Of a stretch of DNA of 5,575 nucleotides, positions 1 to 5,575 are shown one piece after another. Under the pieces are notes generated by a model that saw only the letters and a program-made list of their open reading frames with translations, did no database searches and was not told where the DNA came from. The stretch lies in IMG/VR virus record IMGVR_UViG_2693429662_000005. One strand, given 5' to 3'. Made by a program: the position numbers and the translations under genes. Numbering within the stretch: the stretch's first letter is position 1; every line of letters begins with the position of its first letter. The stretch is from a virus. Taxonomy: Duplodnaviria; Heunggongvirae; Uroviricota; Caudoviricetes.

Positions 1-2
1 GT

Positions 3-362
3 CCGGTGTTTCATACGATAGTGTCCATTAAAAATGATGGACATTATTTTTGTAGAGCCGGAGGAAACAGACCAGACGGTTTAAATGAGCCGGTTACGGA
101 TGCAGAGTATACCGGTGAAGAGCTGGATGCAGATACCTGGCGGGCCACACTGCATATTGAGGTGTTTTTACCGGCACAGGTACCGGATTCGGAGCTGGAT
201 TCGTGGATGGAGTCCCGGATTTATCCGGTGATGAGCGATATCCCGGCTCTGGCAGGACTGATTACCACGATGGTTACGCAGGGCTATGAGTATCGTCGTG
301 ATGACGATATGGCGTTATGGAGTTCTGCAGATCTGACTTATTCCATTACATACGAGATGTGA
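3..362 (+). CDS. U: Tail terminator protein (lambda gpU-like), 5'-partial. The reading frame is open to the window start, so the true start codon lies upstream of the window.
   Basis: The C-terminal ~86 aa ([86 protein letters not shown]) are near-identical to lambda gpU as I recall it. Only frame 3 is open at the window start; frames 1 and 2 hit stops at 19-21 and 29-31. The stop TGA is at 360-362. The gene sits immediately upstream of V, as in lambda. Confidence 0.9.
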   Translation, partial: PVFHTIVSIKNDGHYFCRAGGNRPDGLNEPVTDAEYTGEELDADTWRATLHIEVFLPAQVPDSELDSWMESRIYPVMSDIPALAGLITTMVTQGYEYRRDDDMALWSSADLTYSITYEM

Positions 363-365
363 GGA
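361..365 (+). promoter_or_regulatory. Shine-Dalgarno-like GAGGA for V, overlapping the U stop codon
   Basis: GAGGA lies 4 nt upstream of the V ATG at 370. Confidence 0.6.
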
Positions 366-369
366 CGAT

Positions 370-1122
370 ATGGCAACACCAAATCCCCTTGAGCCGGTAA
401 AAGGTGCCGGTACCACTCTGTGGGTTTACAACGGCAAGGGTGATGCTTATGCAAACCCGTTGTCAGACGATGACTGGCTGCGACTGGCTAAGGTGAAGGA
501 TCTGACGCCGGGCGAGATGACGGCAGAACCCTACGATGATAACTACCTGGATGATGAAGACGCGGACTGGACCGCGACCGGGCAGGGGCAGAAGTCTGCA
601 GGAGATACCAGTTTTACGCTGGCCTGGAAACCGGGAGAAGAAGGTCAGAAAGGGCTTATAGGCTGGTTTGAAAGCGGGGATGTGCGGGCCTATAAAATCC
701 GTTTTCCGAACGGCACGGTGGATGTGTTTCGTGGCTGGGTCAGCAGTATCGGTAAGGCCGTGACGGCGAAAGAAGTGATCACCCGCACGGTGAAAGTGAC
801 CAACGTGGGCAAACCTTCTGTAGCGGAAGAACGCAGCAAAATTACGCCGGTCAGTGCGATTAAGGTGACGCCGACATCCGGTACGGTGGCAAAAGGGAAA
901 ACAACCACCCTGACGGTTTCTTTTGAGCCGGAAAGTGCAACAGACAAGACGTTCAGAGCGGTTTCCGCCGATCCGTCGAAAGCCACCATTAGTGTGAAAG
1001 ATATGACAATTACGGTAAACGGCGTGGCGACAGGTAAGGTGCAGATCCCTGTGGTGAGCGGAAATGGTCAGTTCGCCGCAGTGGCTGAAGTCACCGTTAC
1101 TGAAGCGGGCGCTGCAGGGTAA
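370..1122 (+). CDS. V: Major tail (tube) protein, lambda gpV-like, 250 aa, with a C-terminal Ig-like domain
   Basis: The ORF translation (…[52 protein letters not shown]…[39 protein letters not shown]…) is highly similar to lambda gpV across its full length. The C-terminal ~90 aa (…[50 protein letters not shown]…) match the Ig-like (Big_2-type) domain of gpV. Confidence 0.95.
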   Translation: MATPNPLEPVKGAGTTLWVYNGKGDAYANPLSDDDWLRLAKVKDLTPGEMTAEPYDDNYLDDEDADWTATGQGQKSAGDTSFTLAWKPGEEGQKGLIGWFESGDVRAYKIRFPNGTVDVFRGWVSSIGKAVTAKEVITRTVKVTNVGKPSVAEERSKITPVSAIKVTPTSGTVAKGKTTTLTVSFEPESATDKTFRAVSADPSKATISVKDMTITVNGVATGKVQIPVVSGNGQFAAVAEVTVTEAGAAG

Positions 1123-1124
1123 AC

Positions 1125-1129
1125 GGAGG
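1125..1129 (+). promoter_or_regulatory. Shine-Dalgarno GGAGG for G
   Basis: GGAGG lies 6 nt upstream of the ATG at 1136. Confidence 0.65.
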
Positions 1130-1135
1130 TCATAC

Positions 1136-1567
1136 ATGTTTCTGAAAACAGAACAATTTGAATATAACGGTGTGTCCGTCACGCTTTCCGAATTGTCTGC
1201 GCTGCAGCGTATCGAGCATCTTGCCCTCCTGAAACGGCGTGCAGAACAGGCAGAATCCAGCGGCAACCTGCAGGTAAGCGTGGAAGATCTCGTCAGAACC
1301 GGCGCGTTTCTGGTGGCGATGTCCCTGTGGCATAACCATCCACAGAAAACGCAGTCACCGTCAATGAATGAGGCCGTGATGAAGATAGAGCAGGAAGTGC
1401 TCACCACCTGGCCTGCCGATGCCATTGCCCGGGCGGAAGACGTGGTGTTGTGCCTGTCCGGGATGATCGAAGCTGTTCGTCCGGATACTGATATTACTGA
1501 AGTGGCGAAAAATAACGCGCTGACTGATGATGATTTTTCTGCGGGAAAGTCTTCGACGGCGAGCTGA
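1136..1567 (+). CDS. G: Tail assembly chaperone, lambda gpG-like, 143 aa. The true start is the ATG at 1136, not the upstream in-frame ATG at 1064 that begins the track ORF.
   Basis: The translation from 1136 (MFLKTEQFEYNGVSVTLSELSALQRIEHLALLKRRAEQAESSGN…GAFLVAMSLWHNHPQKTQSPSMNEAV…IEQEVLTTWP…) matches lambda gpG from its first residue. A GGAGG SD precedes 1136. The track ORF's start at 1064 lies inside the V coding region and has no gpG counterpart. Confidence 0.9.
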   Translation: MFLKTEQFEYNGVSVTLSELSALQRIEHLALLKRRAEQAESSGNLQVSVEDLVRTGAFLVAMSLWHNHPQKTQSPSMNEAVMKIEQEVLTTWPADAIARAEDVVLCLSGMIEAVRPDTDITEVAKNNALTDDDFSAGKSSTAS

Positions 1568-2007
1568 ATTTTGCCCTCAGACTGGCGCGTGAGATGGGGA
1601 GGCCTGACTGGCGCGCCATGCTTGCCGGGATGACATCCACCGAATATGCCGACTGGCACCGTTTTTACCGTACGCATTATTTTCTCGATACCCAGCTGGA
1701 TATGCATTTTTCCGGGCTGACGTACGCCGTACTCAGCCTGTTTTTTTGCGATCCGGATATGCATCCCTCTGATTTCAGTCTGCTTGCCCCCCGGCGTGAG
1801 GAAGCGCAGACGGAGATGCCGGATGAGGAAAAAATGCTGATGCAGAAAGCGGCAGGACTTGCCGGAGGCGTCCGGTTTGGTGGGGACGGAGGGCGTGAGA
1901 TTTTATCGTCTGCGGATGTGGCGGATGTCAGCGAGGATGATGTCGCATTAATGATGGCTTCAGCGGGGATTTCCGGAGGTGTGAGATATGTCCCAGCCGG
2001 TTGGTGA
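1136..2007 (+). CDS. GT: Tail assembly chaperone G-T fusion (lambda gpGT-like), made by a -1 frameshift at 1543-1549; about 290 aa (G residues 1-138 plus about 152 aa from the T frame, 1549-2007)
   Basis: The -1 frame after the slippery site reads …ELNFALRLAREMGRPDWRAMLAGMTSTEYADWHRFYRTHYF…DMHFSGLTYAVLSLFF…LMQKAAGLAGGVRFG…, which matches the T portion of lambda gpGT. There are no in-frame stops between 1549 and the ATG at 1594 that begins the track ORF. The ATG at 1594 has no convincing SD, consistent with T being expressed only as a fusion. Confidence 0.85.
1543..1549 (+). promoter_or_regulatory. -1 programmed ribosomal frameshift slippery heptamer G GGA AAG (G to GT recoding site)
   Basis: GGGAAAG is at 1543-1549, with GGA (1544-1546) and AAG (1547-1549) in the G zero frame. 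The -1 frame is open from this point through the T ORF to the stop at 2005-2007. This is the same heptamer and position (near the 3' end of G) as the lambda G/GT frameshift. Confidence 0.85.
1975..1979 (+). promoter_or_regulatory. Shine-Dalgarno GGAGG for H, lying within the 3' end of the T frame
   Basis: GGAGG lies 8 nt upstream of the H ATG at 1988. Confidence 0.6.
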
Positions 2008-4567
2008 TCTTGTTATTGACCTGAGTCTGGATGCGGTCCGTTTCGATGAGCAGATGAGCCGGGTAAGGCGTCATTTTTCCGGACTGGAGACTGACGCCAG
2101 AAAAACCGCCAGTGCTGTTGAACAGGGCCTGAGCCGCCAGGCGCTGGCTGCACAAAAAGCCGGGATTTCCGTCGGGCAGTATAAAGCGGCCATGCGAACC
2201 CTGCCCGCACAGTTTACGGATATCGCCACGCAGCTTGCCGGTGGTCAGAATCCCTGGCTGATCCTGCTGCAACAGGGCGGTCAGGTGAAGGACTCCTTCG
2301 GCGGGATGATCCCCATGTTCAGGGGGCTTGCCGGTGCGATCACCCTGCCGATGGTCGGGGTCACCTCGCTGGCGGTGGCGACAGGTGCGCTGGTGTACGC
2401 CTGGTACCAGGGAGATTCCACGCTTTCAGCGTTTAATAAAACCCTGGTTCTTTCCGGTAATCAGTCCGGACTGACTGCCGATCGCATGCTGACGCTCTCC
2501 AGAGCCGGGCAGGCAGCAGGGCTGACGTTTAACCAGGCGAGAGAGTCACTGGCAGCCCTGGTGAATGCCGGTGTGCGTGGTGGTGAACAGTTTGATGCCA
2601 TCAACCAGAGTGTCGCGCGTTTTGCTTCTGCATCCGGTGTGGAGGTGGACAAGGTTGCAGAGGCTTTCGGAAAACTGACCACCGACCCGACGTCGGGACT
2701 GATGGCGATGGCGCGCCAGTTCCGTAACGTGACGGCAGAGCAGATTGCGTATGTTGCGCAGCTGCAGCGTTCCGGTGATGAGGCCGGGGCCTTACAGGCG
2801 GCGAACGATATCGCCACGAAAGGCTTTGATGAGCAGACCCGTCGCCTGAAAGAAAACATGGGGACGCTGGAGACCTGGGCGGATAAAACAGGGAAGGCGT
2901 TCAAATCGATGTGGGATGCCATTCTGGATATTGGTCGTCCGGAATCCTCAGCGGATATGCTTGCCAGTGCGCAGAAGGCATTCGATGAGGCGGATAAAAA
3001 ATGGCAGTGGTACCAGAGCCGGAGCCAGCGCCGGGGAAAGACCTCCTCTTTCCGTGCCAACCTGCAGGGCGCATGGGATGACCGGGAAAATGCCCGTCTG
3101 GGGCTGGCAGCGGCCACGCTGCAGTCGGATATGGAAAAAGCCGGTGAACTGGCCGCCAGGGACCGGGCCGAACGGGACGCATCACAGCTGAAGTATACCG
3201 GAGAGGCGCAGAAGGCGTATGAGCGTCTGCTGACGCCGCTGGAGAAATATACCGCCCGTCAGGAAGAACTGAATAAGGCCCTGAAAGACGGGAAAATCCT
3301 GCAGGCGGATTACAACACGCTGATGGCGGCGGCGAAAAAGGATTATGAATCGACGCTGAAAAAGCCGAAGTCGTCAGGAGTCAAAGTGTCAGCCGGTGAG
3401 CGTCAGGAAGACCAGGCGCATGCTGCCCTGCTGGCGCTTGAAACCGAGCTCCGGACGCTGGAAAAACACAGCGGTGCGAATGGGAAAATCAGCCAGCAGC
3501 GTCGCGATTTATGGAAAGCGGAAAATCAGTATGCGGTCCTGAAAGAGGCAGCCACGAAACGGCAGTTATCTGAGCAGGAAAAATCCCTGCTGACCCATGA
3601 GAAAGAGACGCTGGAGTACAAACGCCAGCTGGCTGAGCTTGGCGACAAGGTTGAACACCAGAAACGGCTGAATGAGCTGGCACAGCAGGCGGCGCGGTTT
3701 GAACAGCAGCAGAGCGCGAAGCAGGCAGCCATCAGCGCAAAAGCCCGCGGCCTCACCGACCGTCAGGCGCAGCGGGAGTCGGAAGAGCAGCGCCTTCGTG
3801 AGGTGTACGGTGATAATCCGGCTGCGCTGGCGAAGGCCACATCTGCACTGAAGAACACCTGGTCTGCGGAGGAGCAGCTTCGTGGAAGCTGGATGGCCGG
3901 GCTGAAGTCCGGCTGGGGCGAGTGGGCGGAAAGTGCGACGGACAGTTTTTCGCAGGTTAAAAGCGCGGCCACGCAGACCTTTGACGGTATTGCACAGAAT
4001 ATGGCGGGGATGCTGACCGGCAGCGAACAGAACTGGCGTGGTTTCACCCGTTCCGTGCTCTCCATGCTGACAGAGATTTTTCTGAAGCAGGCCATGGTGG
4101 GGATTGTCGGGAGTATTGGCAGCGCCATGGGTGGTGCTTTCGGTGGTGGGGCGTCTGCCTCCACGGGGACGGCCATTCAGGCTGCGGCGGCGAACTTCCA
4201 TTTCGCGACCGGGGGATTTACGGGGACGGGGGGTAAATATGAACCTGCGGGAATTGTTCATCGCGGGGAGTTTGTCTTCACGAAGGAAGCAACCAGCCGG
4301 ATTGGCGTCGGCAACCTGTACCGCCTGATGCGGGGCTATGCGGAAGGTGGTTATGTGGGCGGTGCCGGAAGTCCGGCGCAGATGCGGCGTTCAGAGGGTA
4401 TCAGATTTGAGCAGAACAACAACGTGGTGATTCAGAACGACGGTATCAACGGACAGGCGGGGCCGCAGCTGATGAAGGCGGTGTATGACATGGCCCGCAA
4501 GGGGGCGCAGGATGAGCTCCGGCTGCAGTTGCGTGATGGCGGTATGTTATCGGGGAGCAGGCGATGA
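1988..4567 (+). CDS. H: Tail tape measure protein, lambda gpH-like, 859 aa
   Basis: The N-terminus (MSQPVGDLVIDLSLDAVRFDEQMSRVRRHFSG…AGISVGQYKAAMRTLPAQFTDIATQLAGGQNPWLILLQQGGQVKDSFGGMIPMFRGLAGAITLPMVG…) and C-terminus (…TQTFDGIAQNMAGMLTGSEQNWRGFTRSVLSMLTEIFLKQAMVGIVGSIGSA…KYEPAGIVHRGEFVFTKEATSRIGVGNLYRLMRGYA…) are near-identical to lambda gpH. The centre is long, charged and alpha-helical/coiled-coil-like (Q/E/K/R/A-rich). Size and position, between GT and M, match the lambda tape measure. Confidence 0.95.
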   Translation: MSQPVGDLVIDLSLDAVRFDEQMSRVRRHFSGLETDARKTASAVEQGLSRQALAAQKAGISVGQYKAAMRTLPAQFTDIATQLAGGQNPWLILLQQGGQVKDSFGGMIPMFRGLAGAITLPMVGVTSLAVATGALVYAWYQGDSTLSAFNKTLVLSGNQSGLTADRMLTLSRAGQAAGLTFNQARESLAALVNAGVRGGEQFDAINQSVARFASASGVEVDKVAEAFGKLTTDPTSGLMAMARQFRNVTAEQIAYVAQLQRSGDEAGALQAANDIATKGFDEQTRRLKENMGTLETWADKTGKAFKSMWDAILDIGRPESSADMLASAQKAFDEADKKWQWYQSRSQRRGKTSSFRANLQGAWDDRENARLGLAAATLQSDMEKAGELAARDRAERDASQLKYTGEAQKAYERLLTPLEKYTARQEELNKALKDGKILQADYNTLMAAAKKDYESTLKKPKSSGVKVSAGERQEDQAHAALLALETELRTLEKHSGANGKISQQRRDLWKAENQYAVLKEAATKRQLSEQEKSLLTHEKETLEYKRQLAELGDKVEHQKRLNELAQQAARFEQQQSAKQAAISAKARGLTDRQAQRESEEQRLREVYGDNPAALAKATSALKNTWSAEEQLRGSWMAGLKSGWGEWAESATDSFSQVKSAATQTFDGIAQNMAGMLTGSEQNWRGFTRSVLSMLTEIFLKQAMVGIVGSIGSAMGGAFGGGASASTGTAIQAAAANFHFATGGFTGTGGKYEPAGIVHRGEFVFTKEATSRIGVGNLYRLMRGYAEGGYVGGAGSPAQMRRSEGIRFEQNNNVVIQNDGINGQAGPQLMKAVYDMARKGAQDELRLQLRDGGMLSGSRR
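4552..4557 (+). promoter_or_regulatory. Shine-Dalgarno-like GGGGAG for M, inside the H 3' end
   Basis: GGGGAG lies 6 nt upstream of the M ATG at 4564. The H stop and M start overlap as ATGA. Confidence 0.55.
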
Positions 4568-4893
4568 AAACCTTTCGCTGGAAAGTGAAGCCGGATATGG
4601 AGGTGAACTCGCAGCCGTCGGTGCGTGAAGTGCGTTTTGGTGACGGGTACTCACAGCGTATGGCGGCAGGGCTGAATGCTGACCTGAAAACATACCGTGT
4701 GACGCTTTTCGTGACCCGGGAGGAGGCCCGGCATCTGGAAGCGTTCCTGGCAGAGCACGGTGGCTGGAAGGCATTTTTGTGGAAGCCACCCTATGCATAC
4801 CGGCAGATAAAGGTGACCTGTGCCGGGTGGTCTGCGCGGGTCGGGATGTTGCGCGTTGAGTTCAGCGCGGAGTTTAAGCAGGTGGTGAACTGA
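4564..4893 (+). CDS. M: Minor tail protein (tail-tip assembly), lambda gpM-like, 109 aa
   Basis: The translation (MKTFRWKVKPDMEVNSQPSVREVRFGDGYSQRMAAGLNADLKTYRVTLFVTREEA…HGGWKAFLWKPPYAYRQIKVTCAGWSARVGMLRVEFSAEFKQVVN) has the same length as lambda gpM and is highly similar to it. Confidence 0.95.
   Translation: MKTFRWKVKPDMEVNSQPSVREVRFGDGYSQRMAAGLNADLKTYRVTLFVTREEARHLEAFLAEHGGWKAFLWKPPYAYRQIKVTCAGWSARVGMLRVEFSAEFKQVVN
4880..4885 (+). promoter_or_regulatory. Shine-Dalgarno-like AGGTGG for L
   Basis: AGGTGG lies 7 nt upstream of the L ATG at 4893. The M stop and L start overlap as TGATG. Confidence 0.5.
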
Positions 4894-5575
4894 TGCAGGA
4901 CATTCATGAAGAAAGCCTGAACGAGTCGGTTAAATCAGAGCAGTCACCGCGGGTGGTGCTCTGGGAAATTGACCTGACGGTGCAGGGCGGTGAGCGGTAT
5001 TTTTTCTGCAATGAGCTGAATGAAAAAGGGGAGCCGGTCACCTGGCAGGGGCGGGAATATCAGGCATACCCGATTGACGGCAGTGGCTTTGAGATGAACG
5101 GGAAGGGCAGCAGTGCCAGACCGTCGCTGACGGTGTCCAATCTGTTTGGTCTGGTCACCGGGATGGCGGAGGACCTGCAGAGCCTGGTGGGGGCCACGGT
5201 GGTCCGCCGCCGGGTGTATGCCCGTTTTCTGGATGCGGTGAATTTTGTGGCGGGCAATCCGGAAGCGGACCCGGAGCAGGAGCTGAGCGACCGCTGGGTG
5301 GTGGAGCAGATGTCAGAGCTGACGGCCATGACAGCCTCGTTTGTGCTGGCAACACCGACGGAGACGGACGGGGCGCTGTTTCCTGGTCGCATCATGCTGG
5401 CGAACACCTGTATGTGGGATTACCGGGGAGATGAATGCGGGTATAACGGTCCTGCGGTGGCGGATGAGTTCGACAACCCCACCACGGATATCCGTAAGGA
5501 CAGATGCAGCAAGTGCATGCGCGGGTGTGAGATGCGCGGCATGGTGGCTAATTTTGGCGGTTTCCTTTCCATTAA
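4893..5575 (+). CDS. L: Minor tail / tail-tip protein, lambda gpL-like, 3'-partial (runs off the window end; not in the ORF track because it has no stop)
   Basis: My manual translation from the ATG at 4893 gives MQDIHEESLNESVKSEQSPRVVLWEIDLTVQGGERYFFCNELNEKGEPVTWQGREYQAYPIDGSGFEMNGKGSSARPSLTVSNLFGLVTGMAEDLQSLVGATVVRRRVYARFLDAVNFV…FPGRIMLANTCMWDYRGDECGYNGPAVADEFDNPTTDIRKDRCSKCMRGCEMRGMVANFGGFLSI…. This matches lambda gpL, including the C-terminal Cys-rich motif (C…C…C…C) that coordinates an Fe-S cluster in lambda gpL. Confidence 0.9.
   Translation, partial: MQDIHEESLNESVKSEQSPRVVLWEIDLTVQGGERYFFCNELNEKGEPVTWQGREYQAYPIDGSGFEMNGKGSSARPSLTVSNLFGLVTGMAEDLQSLVGATVVRRRVYARFLDAVNFVAGNPEADPEQELSDRWVVEQMSELTAMTASFVLATPTETDGALFPGRIMLANTCMWDYRGDECGYNGPAVADEFDNPTTDIRKDRCSKCMRGCEMRGMVANFGGFLSI

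Noticed and set aside
1064-1135. Upstream in-frame ATG at 1064 as the G start (as in the ORF track)
   Set aside because: The extension would overlap the last 59 nt of V. The gpG homology begins exactly at the ATG at 1136, which has a GGAGG SD 6 nt upstream. The 1064 start is an ORF-caller artefact.
463-1764. Long reverse-strand ORF (433 aa) spanning V, G and the start of T
   Set aside because: It lies antisense to three well-supported, collinear lambda-like genes. Its translation is Arg/Cys/His-rich and low-complexity, as expected for the antisense frame of GC-rich coding DNA. There is no recognisable SD or homology. Stop-poor antisense frames arise by chance in sequence with this codon bias.
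1594-2007. T as an independent gene starting at the ATG at 1594
   Set aside because: No convincing Shine-Dalgarno sequence precedes 1594, and the frame is open upstream back to the slippery site. In lambda the T frame is expressed only as the G-T frameshift fusion, so I annotate it as part of GT rather than as a standalone CDS.
690-2272. Short reverse-strand ORFs at 690-989, 1130-1339, 1928-2272 and 2013-2210, plus 4547-4798 at the H/M junction
   Set aside because: All are short and antisense to strongly supported tail genes, with no translation signals or recognisable domains. They are most simply explained as chance open frames.
2461-3117. Reverse-strand ORF (218 aa) inside H
   Set aside because: It is antisense to the tape measure gene. 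The composition is Ser/Ala/Arg/Cys-rich with no recognisable motifs, and it has no plausible translation signals.
2916-3191. Plus-strand alternate-frame ORF (91 aa) inside H; the similar ORF at 4104-4328 (74 aa) falls in the same category
   Set aside because: These are out-of-frame overlaps with H. Their products are Arg/Pro-rich with no similarity to known proteins and no SD. A second functional frame is very unlikely without conservation evidence.
3566-4261. Reverse-strand ORFs (231 aa here, plus 137 aa at 3763-4176, 76 aa at 3526-3756 and 64 aa at 3489-3683) inside H
   Set aside because: These are multiple overlapping antisense frames within one strongly supported gene, and their products are Arg/Pro/Leu-rich and low-complexity. 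This is a typical artefact of high-GC coding sequence.
5060-5407. Reverse-strand ORFs (115 aa here, plus the Pro/Gly-rich 66 aa at 5155-5355) inside L
   Set aside because: They are antisense to the well-supported gpL-like coding sequence. The proline-rich composition comes from the reverse complement of GGN/CGG-rich codons. There is no evidence that either is a gene.

Overview
This window is a contiguous, same-strand (+) block of a lambda-like (lambdoid) siphovirus tail-morphogenesis module, most likely from an enterobacterial phage or prophage. Gene order is exactly that of phage lambda: U (tail terminator, 5'-truncated by the window edge), V (major tail tube protein), G and the G-T frameshift fusion (tail assembly chaperones), H (tape measure protein, 859 aa), M (minor tail / tail-tip protein) and L (tail-tip protein, 3'-truncated). 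The translated ORFs resemble my recollection of the lambda proteins closely over long stretches; this is a from-memory comparison, not a computed alignment. Genes are tightly packed, with 7-13 bp spacers or overlapping stop/start codons, and there is no intergenic space that could hold an inserted accessory gene. The most notable directly visible feature is the conserved -1 programmed frameshift heptamer G GGA AAG at 1543-1549, which joins G to the T frame. Against this backdrop I see local mosaic divergence (the U N-terminus and a central segment of H) but no support for a novel or undescribed system. The reverse-strand and alternate-frame ORFs in the track look like antisense artefacts of GC-rich coding sequence.
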